DNA of 14,903 nucleotides, from positions 1 through 14,903 of the forward strand of contig CAVWHO010000012.1 in NCBI GenBank assembly GCA_963754875.1. The letters run 5' to 3'. Below, in pieces: positions 7,608 through 14,903 of the stretch. The position numbers and the translations under genes are program-made. The notes below the pieces were generated by a model. It was not told where the DNA came from, searched no databases, and saw only the letters and a list, made by a program, of their open reading frames with translations. The stretch's first letter is position 1; every line of letters begins with the position of its first letter. This DNA is from Nitrospirota bacterium. GTDB lineage: Bacteria; Nitrospirota; UBA9217.

Positions 7608-8033
7608 ATGGCTAAAGAGATTACAGCAAAAATCAAACTGCAAGTTCCCGCCGGTAAAGCAAATCCGGCGCCGCCGGTCGGTCCCGCACTCGGCCAGCAC
7701 GGCGTCAACATCATGGAGTTCTGCAAGGCGTTCAATGCCCGGACCCAGAAGCTGGGCGAGACCATCGTGCCCGTCATTATCTCGGTCTACTCTGACCGGT
7801 CGTTCACCTTTATAACCAAGACCCCGCCAGCCGCCGAGCTTCTGAAAAAGGCTGCTGGGATCGTCAAAGGGTCGGGCGTGCCGAACAAGGACAAGGTCGG
7901 CAAGGTTACCCGTGCGCAAGTCAGGGAGATCGCTCAGACGAAGCTCCCGGACCTCAATGCGGCGACCGTTGAATCGGCCATGCGTATGATCGAGGGCTCT
8001 GCCAAGAGCATGGGGCTGGAAGTCGTAGATTAA
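7608..8033 (+). CDS. rplK: 50S ribosomal protein L11 (uL11), 141 aa
   Basis: [44 protein letters not shown] 7595-7599. Confidence 0.99.
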   Translation: MAKEITAKIKLQVPAGKANPAPPVGPALGQHGVNIMEFCKAFNARTQKLGETIVPVIISVYSDRSFTFITKTPPAAELLKKAAGIVKGSGVPNKDKVGKVTRAQVREIAQTKLPDLNAATVESAMRMIEGSAKSMGLEVVD

Positions 8034-8105
8034 TGCGGAATTTGGAATGCGGAACGCGGAGGTAGTGTCTGTCAATCCGCATACGCCACTCCACATTCCG
8101 CAATT
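8032..8105. repeat. Palindromic 7-bp tandem array (rplK-rplA spacer)
   Basis: AATGCGG AATTTGG AATGCGG AACGCGG (8032-8059, overlapping the rplK TAA), 14-nt spacer, AATCCGC ATACGCC ACTCCAC ATTCCGC (8074-8101). About 21 of 28 positions complementary (hand count). Confidence 0.85.
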
Positions 8106-8108
8106 ACA

Positions 8109-8148
8109 TTGCGGGAGGCCGACAACGGCCGCTACTACCGCGAGGAGG
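8109..8148 (+). promoter_or_regulatory. L1 (uL1) autogenous mRNA binding site / L1 leader, overlapping the rplA SD
   Basis: TTGCGG(8109-8114)/CCGCGA(8138-8143) stem, asymmetric loop, GGCC/GGCC inner stem. GCGGGAG...TACCGC mimics the 23S rRNA L1 site GUGGGAG...UACCAC. SD AGGAGG 8143-8148 abuts it. Confidence 0.75.
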
Positions 8149-8152
8149 AACC

Positions 8153-8855
8153 ATGGCAGGGAAGAAGTATAAAGCAGCGGCAGCACTGGTAGACCGGACA
8201 AAGGAGTATGGTGTTGAAGAGGCCGTCGGTCTTGCCAAGAAAACAGCGAGAACCAAGTTCGATGAGACCGTAGATCTGGCGGTCAGGCTTGGTGTAGACC
8301 CCAAACAGGCGGACCAGATGGTGCGGGGGACCGTAGTGCTTCCGCATGGAACCGGGAAAAAGGTCAAGATCCTGGTGTTCGCCAAGGGAGAGAAGGACAA
8401 GGAAGCGAGGGACGCCGGCGCCGACTATGTGGGTGCAGAAGATCTTGCTGACAAGATTACAAAAGAAGGATGGACCGATTTTGATACTGTCGTCGCGACA
8501 CCTGACATCATGGGGCTCGTCGGCAGGTTGGGTAAAGTGCTTGGTCCCCGGGGATTGATGCCGAATCCCAAAACCGGCACGGTCACCTTTGACATTGCCA
8601 AGGCCATCAAGGACATTAGGGCCGGTAAAGTTGAGTACCGCGTGGAAAAGGCTGGCATTGTTCACGTTCCGGTGGGAAAAGCGTCTTTTGATGAAAATAA
8701 GCTCGTAGACAATGCCAAGGCTGTGCTCGAGTCCATCTTAAAGGCAAAACCCGCTTCGAGCAAGGGTACGTATCTCAAGAGCGCAACGGTTTCCACAACC
8801 ATGGGACCCGGCAGTGAAGATTGATACTGCCGCGATCGAGAAGATCGCAGGGTAG
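8153..8855 (+). CDS. rplA: 50S ribosomal protein L1 (uL1), ~233 aa after removing one extra base at 8812/8813
   Basis: [38 protein letters not shown] and STTMGPG. As written it stops at TGA 8824. Removing one base in GGC-A-GTG restores [17 protein letters not shown] ending TAG 8853-8855. Confidence 0.96.
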
Positions 8856-8872
8856 GCAAGACGAAAAAATAA

Positions 8873-8949
8873 AGAAGTTGAGAAGATGGGAAGGTAAAAG
8901 AAAAGGCGTGCACCAGGCAAAACTTTACGCCATGCTGTTTCCTACTTCT
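8873..8949. repeat. Degenerate 8-bp tandem array with partial inverted arm after rplA
   Basis: AGAAGTTG AGAAGATG GGAAGGTA (8873-8896), central stem GGCGTG/TACGCC (8905-8931), and TTTCCTACTTCT (8938-8949; reverse complement AGAAGTAGGAAA). Confidence 0.4.
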
Positions 8950-8991
8950 GATTACCATAACATTAGGTCGATCCCTGGAGCATAGGGATAC

Positions 8992-9069
8992 GGTCCGAGA
9001 CAGCAGGTGCCGAAGTGGAAAGTGTTTTTCCTCTTCGGTATAATTCCAAATACGGAGCCTGCCGAGACC
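8992..9069 (+). promoter_or_regulatory. L10 leader (rplJ-rplL autogenous control RNA)
   Basis: GGTC/GACC closing stem, CGAGACAGCAGG...TAAT...CCTGCCGAG pattern typical of L10 leaders, GCAGG(9003-9007)/CCTGC(9058-9062) and TGCCGAAG/CTTCGGTA stems. Lies directly upstream of rplJ. Confidence 0.85.
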
Positions 9070-9157
9070 CGGGTAAAAGAAAGAACGTTAATTGCGCCGC
9101 TTTCTTTTAGGATTTCCGGGCTGGTCATCGGGAATTCTTGAAAGAAAGGAGGAACGT

Positions 9158-9670
9158 GTGAATAAGCAGGAGAAAAAAGAAGCAATTGACGAGTTGCATG
9201 AGAAGTTCGCTCGCGCCAAGACGGCCGTCATCACCGGCTATTCCGGGATCAATGTGGAACAGATCACCGAACTTCGCGCGAAGCTGCGTACATCGAAGGT
9301 CGAGTACCGCGTGGTTAAGAACACACTGGCGCGCAAAGCGTCAGAAGGCACCGGTCTCGAGCCGCTCAAGGATTACTTTGTCGGTCCCGTGGGTATCGCG
9401 CTCGGGTACGATGATGTGGTTGCTCCGGCGAAAGTACTCTTTGAGTTCAGCAAGACGCAGGAAAAGCTTCAGCTCAAGGTCGGTGTGCTCGACGGCAAGC
9501 TGTTGAAGCAGGCGGATGTCAAGGCGCTGGCAAGCCTGCCATCGCTCAATGCGCTTCGCGGGAAGATCGTCGGATTGCTCCAGGCGCCTGCATCGAGGAT
9601 CGTCGGTGTACTTGCAGCGCCAGGCGGGCAGATCGCCAGGGTCATGAAGGCGAAGGCAGACAAAGGATAA
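9158..9670 (+). CDS. rplJ: 50S ribosomal protein L10 (uL10), 170 aa, GTG start
   Basis: SD AAAGGAGG 9145-9152 then GTG 9158. Motifs [17 protein letters not shown] and LASLPS. The ORF-track start at 9092 lies in the leader. Confidence 0.97.
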   Translation: MNKQEKKEAIDELHEKFARAKTAVITGYSGINVEQITELRAKLRTSKVEYRVVKNTLARKASEGTGLEPLKDYFVGPVGIALGYDDVVAPAKVLFEFSKTQEKLQLKVGVLDGKLLKQADVKALASLPSLNALRGKIVGLLQAPASRIVGVLAAPGGQIARVMKAKADKG

Positions 9671-9679
9671 GTTACGGAA

Positions 9680-9701
9680 ACGCACTCGCACACGAGTGCG
9701 T
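9680..9701. other. Perfect 9-bp hairpin in the rplJ-rplL spacer
   Basis: ACGCACTCG-CACA-CGAGTGCGT. No U-tract, so more likely a stability or processing element than a terminator. Confidence 0.6.
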
Positions 9702-9740
9702 ATATTAAAAAGTTTAAACACTTTCAGGAGGAACAGAACC

Positions 9741-10115
9741 ATGGCGGATTTAGCGAAAATAGTTGACGAATTGAGCGGTTTGACCGTTCTTGAAGCCGCA
9801 GACCTGAGCAAGATGCTCGAAGAGAAGTGGGGCGTGTCTGCAGCGGCGCCCGTGGCAGTTGCAGCAGGCGGCGCAGCAGCAGGCGCGGCAGCGGCGGAAG
9901 AGAAAACCGCGTTTGACGTGATCCTGGCGACTGCTGGCGCACAGAAGATCAATGTGATCAAGGTTGTGCGCGAGCTTACGGGCCTTGGTCTCAAGGAAGC
10001 AAAGGACCTCGTTGAAGGTGCTCCCAAACCGGTAAAGACCGGAGTTACCAAGGAAGAGGCGGAGACCATGAAAAAGAAGCTCACCGAGGCAGGCGCAACC
10101 GTCGAGGTAAAGTAA
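9741..10115 (+). CDS. rplL: 50S ribosomal protein L7/L12 (bL12), 124 aa
   Basis: SD AGGAGG before ATG 9741. Ala-rich hinge, [32 protein letters not shown]. Confidence 0.98.
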   Translation: MADLAKIVDELSGLTVLEAADLSKMLEEKWGVSAAAPVAVAAGGAAAGAAAAEEKTAFDVILATAGAQKINVIKVVRELTGLGLKEAKDLVEGAPKPVKTGVTKEEAETMKKKLTEAGATVEVK

Positions 10116-10140
10116 AAAGACAAATCAGGCTTCATGTGTC

Positions 10141-10186
10141 AAGTCCTTGCCCTCCGGCATTAGTCCGGAGGGCAAAGGACTTTTTG
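10141..10186 (+). terminator. Intrinsic terminator/attenuator between rplL and rpoB
   Basis: AAGTCCTT-GCCCTCCGG, loop CATTAGT, CCGGAGGGC-A-AAGGACTT, running into TTTTT (10181-10185). Same position as the rplL-rpoB attenuator of E. coli. Confidence 0.85.
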
Positions 10187-10228
10187 CGTTTATGGATGGG
10201 GCGTTCGAAACTGCTGAATGCCGGTAAA

Positions 10229-10317
10229 AAATTTGAAATGCAAAGTGGAAAATGGAAAAGGGAACGATTCAGCATTGCGTTTTTTCACGATTTGCATTTT
10301 TCATTTTGCATTTTATG
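10229..10317. repeat. Palindromic 7-bp tandem array, AAATGCA-type unit (rplL-rpoB spacer)
   Basis: AAATTTG AAATGCA AAGTGGA AAATGGA AAAGGGA (10229-10263), spacer, ATTTGCA TTTTTCA TTTTGCA TTTTATG (10290-10317). Confidence 0.8.
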
Positions 10318-10336
10318 ATGTTTAAGGGGTGCGAAA

Positions 10337-13300
10337 ATGTCTAAAGAAAAAAGAGAGCTTGTCCGCGTACGGAAAGATTTTTCAAAAATTCCGACAATCC
10401 TGGAAATTCCCGATCTTATCGAGATCCAGAAAAAGTCTTACGATTATTTCCTGCAGAAGGACGTCGCATCCGACAAGAGAAAGGACATGGGGCTCCAGGC
10501 GGCGTTCAAGAGCGTATACCCCATTTATGATTTTAACGAGACAGCGATGGTGGATTACCTCGGCTACTCACTAGGCGACCCGAAATACAGCATCTGGGAG
10601 TGCCTGCAGCGCGGGGCGACGTTCGCAGCGCCGCTCAAGATCAAGACACGTCTCGTGTTCTTCGAAAAGGACGAGCAGACCGCCACAAAGCGGGTGAAGG
10701 ACATTAAAGAGCAGGAAGTCTACGTCGGTGATCTGCCGCTCATGACAGAAACCGGAACGTTTATTGTGAATGGGACCGAGCGTGTTGTCGTAAGCCAACT
10801 TCACCGGTCCCCAGGCGCGTTTTTCACGCACGACAAGGGCAGGACCCACGCGAGCGGCAAAATTCTTTATTCCGCCCGAATTATTCCCTATCGTGGCTCC
10901 TGGCTCGACTTTGAATTCGATGTAAAGGACATTGTCTACGTTCGGATCGACCGCAGACGAAAGATTCCAGCCACCATCCTTCTCAAAGCTTTCGGGTACT
11001 CTAACGAAGACTTGCTCAGGATGTATTATCCCATTGAGGACATCAAGATAAAAAAAGACGGCTTCACTCGAGGGATCCATGCCGACGTGCTGGCCGGCCT
11101 CAAGGCGCCGATAACAATTACCGACAAAAACACCCGCGAACAGATCGTAAAGGAAGGTGCCAAGATCACCCGCGTTGCCATCAAAAAGATGGAGGCGGCC
11201 CGTATTACGGAGATCCCGATCCCCCGCGAGGAACTGATCGACCGCATCGTACTTCGGGACGTCATTGATCCGGAGACCGGCGAAGTGCTTCTCCCGGCAA
11301 ATGAGAAGATCACGGAAGCGTTTCTTGCCAGAATTGCTGAGACGAAAGTCGAAAAGATGGAAGTGATCTACATGGACGGGATCCATGTGATCAGCGCCAT
11401 CAGGGACACACTCCTTTCTGACAAGGTGCAGACGTCAGACGAAGCACTCCTCGAGATCTACCGGAAAATGCGTCCGGGAGAACCGCCGACGATCGATATG
11501 GCACGGAACCTCTTCAACGGGATGTTCTTCAATGCCAAGCGCTACGATTTGTCGTCCGTGGGCAGATTGAAACTGAATAAAAAATTGAAGCTCGATATCC
11601 CGATCGAGAAAACAACACTTACCGCTCAGGATGTCGTCGAAGTGATTCGGTATCTCGTCAATCTCCGCACCGGGAGGGGTGAAGTGGACGATATCGATCA
11701 CCTTGGCAATCGCCGCGTGCGTTCTGTGGGCGAACTGCTCGAGAACCAGATCCGCGTCGGGCTTGCACGCATGGAGCGCGCCATCAAGGAACGCATGAGC
11801 CTGCAGGACGTCGACACCCTCATGCCGCATGATATCATCAACCCCAAGCCGGTAATCGCGGCCATAAAGGAATTTTTCGGATCGAGCCAGCTGTCCCAGT
11901 TTATGGACCAGACGAACCCCCTGGCGGAGATCACGCATAAGAGGAGGCTTTCTGCCCTCGGCCCTGGCGGTCTTACCCGCGAGCGCGCAGGATTCGAAGT
12001 GCGTGACGTGCATACGACCCATTACGGCAGAATCTGCCCTATTGAGACGCCGGAAGGTCCGAACATCGGTCTTATCGTCTCTCTGGCGACGTACGCGCGT
12101 GTTAACGACTATGGCTTCATAGAAGCACCTTACCGGAATGCCAAAGACGGGAAGGTGACCGATGATATCGAATACCTTTCTGCCGTGGACGGCGAGAACT
12201 ACGTCATTGCCCAGGCGAATACACCTGTCGATGGCCGCGGCAAGATTTCTGTGGAAAGCGTGTCCGCGCGTGTGGGTGGCGAATTCAAACTGGTGAGCGC
12301 CGAGGAAGTGCAGTACATGGACGTGTCGCCGAAGCAGATTGTGTCGGTGTCAGCCGCCCTCATTCCCTTCCTTGAAAATGACGACGCGAACCGTGCTCTC
12401 ATGGGATCGAATATGCAGCGCCAGGCCGTGCCGCTGCTCCGACCGCAGGCGCCGGTGGTGGGCACGGGCATGGAGCGTGTGGCCGCGCGTGATTCGGGCG
12501 CTATCGTATCGTGCAAGCGCGACGGCATCGTTGAAGCCGTAGATTCCACGAGGATCACGGTAAAGGGCGAGGACGCAAAGGGCCGGACGGTTATTGATAC
12601 CTATCCGCTTACCAAATTCTATCGCTCGAACCAGAACACCTGCATGAACCAGAAACCGATCGTCCGCCAGGGCGATAAGGTGAAAAAAGGCCAGGTGATC
12701 GCCGACGGACCGGCAACGGACCTGGGGGAACTCGCCCTCGGCCAGAACGTTCTTGTGGCGTTCATGCCCTGGAGCGGATACAACTATGAAGACGCGATCA
12801 TCATCAGCGAGAAGATTGTAAAGGAAGACCGTTATACTTCCATCCACATTGAAGAATTCGAGATCGAGGCCAGGGACACGAAGCTAGGCAAGGAAGAGAT
12901 CACCCGGGACATCCCGAACCTCGGAGAAGAAACGCTCAGAAATCTCGACGAGAACGGGATCATCCGGATTGGCGCCGAGGTTATGCCCGGCGATATCCTT
13001 ATCGGGAAAGTGACTCCCAAGGGCGAAACACAACTTACTCCTGAGGAAAAACTGCTGAGGGCCATCTTCGGCGAAAAAGCCGGCGACGTACGGGATGCTT
13101 CGCTCTATGCTCCTCCGGGCATCGAGGGGACCGTCATCGACGTGAAGGTCTTCTCGCGTAAAGGCGAGGATAAGAATGAGCGCCTGAAGACCCAGGAGAG
13201 CGAGGAGATTGCACGGCTCCAGAAGGAATATCAGGATGAAGTTCGTGCAGCCAAAGAGGACAAGTACAAACGTATCCGCAGAATTCTCATCGGCAAGACA

Positions 13301-14329
13301 GCCGCAGATAAGGTTGTCAATACCAAAACCGGCAAAACCGAGCTGGCCAAGGGTAAGAAGATCACCGTAGAGATTCTTGACAAGCTTCCGGAAAAAGACC
13401 TAGCAAAGATCAAGGTAGAGTCCGAGGACTATCCGACCAAGCTTCAGGAAATTCTGGACAACTCGGAAAACCAGCTCAGCATCCTCGAGTCCATTTATGA
13501 TGAGAAGATCGGCAGATTGAAACGCGGTGATGATCTTCCCCCGGGCGTGGTCAAACTTGTAAAGTGCTACGTTGCCATGAAACGCAAGCTTTCCGTTGGC
13601 GATAAAATGGCTGGAAGGCACGGAAACAAGGGCGTGGTCTCCCGGATTGTTCCCGAAGAGGATATGCCTTACCTTCCGGACGGCACTCCCGTTGAGATTG
13701 TGCTGAACCCCCTTGGCGTGCCGTCCCGTATGAACGTGGGGCAGATTCTCGAAACGCACCTCGGGTGGGCCGCAACAGCGCTTGGTCTGCACGTCGCGAC
13801 GCCGGTTTTCGACGGGGCATCGGAAGAACGCATCCGTGCCATGCTTAAAGAAACCAAACTCCCGGTTACGGGCCAGTCGCAACTGTTCGACGGCCGGACC
13901 GGGGAACCGTTCGACAAGCCGGTGACGGTCGGGTACATGTACATGCTGAAGCTCCATCATCTCGTTGACGACAAGTTGCATGCCCGGTCCATCGGTCCCT
14001 ATTCGCTCGTAACGCAGCAGCCGCTCGGCGGCAAGGCGCAGTTCGGCGGTCAGCGCCTCGGAGAAATGGAAGTCTGGGCGCTCCAGGCTTACGGCGCGGC
14101 CTATTGTCTCCAGGAATTCCTCACGGTCAAGTCCGACGATGTGTCCGGACGTGCCAAGATCTACGAGGCGATCGTGAAGGGCGAGAATACGCTTGAACCC
14201 GGTCTGCCGGAGTCCTTCTACGTGCTTATCAAGGAACTTCAGAGCCTCTGCCTCGACGTGGAGCTGATTGAGCGCAAGAACGAGAAGGAACGGGTGATCG
14301 GACTGGAGAAAATCTCATCCGCCAGGTAA
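10337..14329 (+). CDS. rpoB: DNA-directed RNA polymerase subunit beta, 1330 aa
   Basis: [61 protein letters not shown] and GGQRLGEME. Confidence 0.99.
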   Translation: MSKEKRELVRVRKDFSKIPTILEIPDLIEIQKKSYDYFLQKDVASDKRKDMGLQAAFKSVYPIYDFNETAMVDYLGYSLGDPKYSIWECLQRGATFAAPLKIKTRLVFFEKDEQTATKRVKDIKEQEVYVGDLPLMTETGTFIVNGTERVVVSQLHRSPGAFFTHDKGRTHASGKILYSARIIPYRGSWLDFEFDVKDIVYVRIDRRRKIPATILLKAFGYSNEDLLRMYYPIEDIKIKKDGFTRGIHADVLAGLKAPITITDKNTREQIVKEGAKITRVAIKKMEAARITEIPIPREELIDRIVLRDVIDPETGEVLLPANEKITEAFLARIAETKVEKMEVIYMDGIHVISAIRDTLLSDKVQTSDEALLEIYRKMRPGEPPTIDMARNLFNGMFFNAKRYDLSSVGRLKLNKKLKLDIPIEKTTLTAQDVVEVIRYLVNLRTGRGEVDDIDHLGNRRVRSVGELLENQIRVGLARMERAIKERMSLQDVDTLMPHDIINPKPVIAAIKEFFGSSQLSQFMDQTNPLAEITHKRRLSALGPGGLTRERAGFEVRDVHTTHYGRICPIETPEGPNIGLIVSLATYARVNDYGFIEAPYRNAKDGKVTDDIEYLSAVDGENYVIAQANTPVDGRGKISVESVSARVGGEFKLVSAEEVQYMDVSPKQIVSVSAALIPFLENDDANRALMGSNMQRQAVPLLRPQAPVVGTGMERVAARDSGAIVSCKRDGIVEAVDSTRITVKGEDAKGRTVIDTYPLTKFYRSNQNTCMNQKPIVRQGDKVKKGQVIADGPATDLGELALGQNVLVAFMPWSGYNYEDAIIISEKIVKEDRYTSIHIEEFEIEARDTKLGKEEITRDIPNLGEETLRNLDENGIIRIGAEVMPGDILIGKVTPKGETQLTPEEKLLRAIFGEKAGDVRDASLYAPPGIEGTVIDVKVFSRKGEDKNERLKTQESEEIARLQKEYQDEVRAAKEDKYKRIRRILIGKTAADKVVNTKTGKTELAKGKKITVEILDKLPEKDLAKIKVESEDYPTKLQEILDNSENQLSILESIYDEKIGRLKRGDDLPPGVVKLVKCYVAMKRKLSVGDKMAGRHGNKGVVSRIVPEEDMPYLPDGTPVEIVLNPLGVPSRMNVGQILETHLGWAATALGLHVATPVFDGASEERIRAMLKETKLPVTGQSQLFDGRTGEPFDKPVTVGYMYMLKLHHLVDDKLHARSIGPYSLVTQQPLGGKAQFGGQRLGEMEVWALQAYGAAYCLQEFLTVKSDDVSGRAKIYEAIVKGENTLEPGLPESFYVLIKELQSLCLDVELIERKNEKERVIGLEKISSAR

Positions 14330-14348
14330 GACCGTATCGCGGATGAAG

Positions 14349-14374
14349 GATCGTCAACCGGTGAGCTGACGATC
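14349..14374. other. 8-bp hairpin in the rpoB-rpoC spacer
   Basis: GATCGTCA-N10-TGACGATC. A second small stem GAGGGC-TCT-GCCCTC (14410-14424) lies just 5' of the rpoC SD. Confidence 0.5.
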
Positions 14375-14411
14375 GGATCAGGTAGCAGGGAAGATTAAGA
14401 TTAGGTCATGA

Positions 14412-14903
<492 letters not shown>

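Noticed and set aside
11870..11975. Intrinsic rifampicin-resistance substitution in RpoB cluster I ([15 protein letters not shown])
   Set aside because: Key Q, D, H, R and S531-equivalent residues are intact. Ala at the S522-equivalent is common in rifampicin-sensitive bacteria.

Overview
Bacterial core-genome window. On the minus strand is hemE, with one apparent 1-bp insertion. A divergent, decayed DUF6982-like ORF follows. The plus strand then carries cysS, rlmB, tRNA-Thr(UGU)/Tyr(GUA)/Gly(UCC)/Thr(GGU), tuf, rpmG, tRNA-Trp(CCA), secE, nusG, rplK, rplA (one apparent 1-bp insertion near the 3' end), rplJ, rplL, rpoB and the 5' end of rpoC. Recognisable cis elements are three sigma70-type promoters, an L1-binding mRNA site in front of rplA, an L10 leader and the rplL-rpoB terminator/attenuator. 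RpoB insert content and the RpoC N-terminal motif suggest a Nitrospirota-like lineage (inference, not tested). Indels in essential genes, dense in the last ~280 nt, point to sequence/assembly error. The most unusual signal is non-coding. At least four spacers hold short arrays of 7-bp tandem units arranged as left and inverted right arms (long imperfect palindromes), with weaker 8-, 9- and 6-bp versions in other spacers. One copy can pair with, and so compete for, the L1 operator of rplA. No CRISPR, transposase or phage genes were seen.
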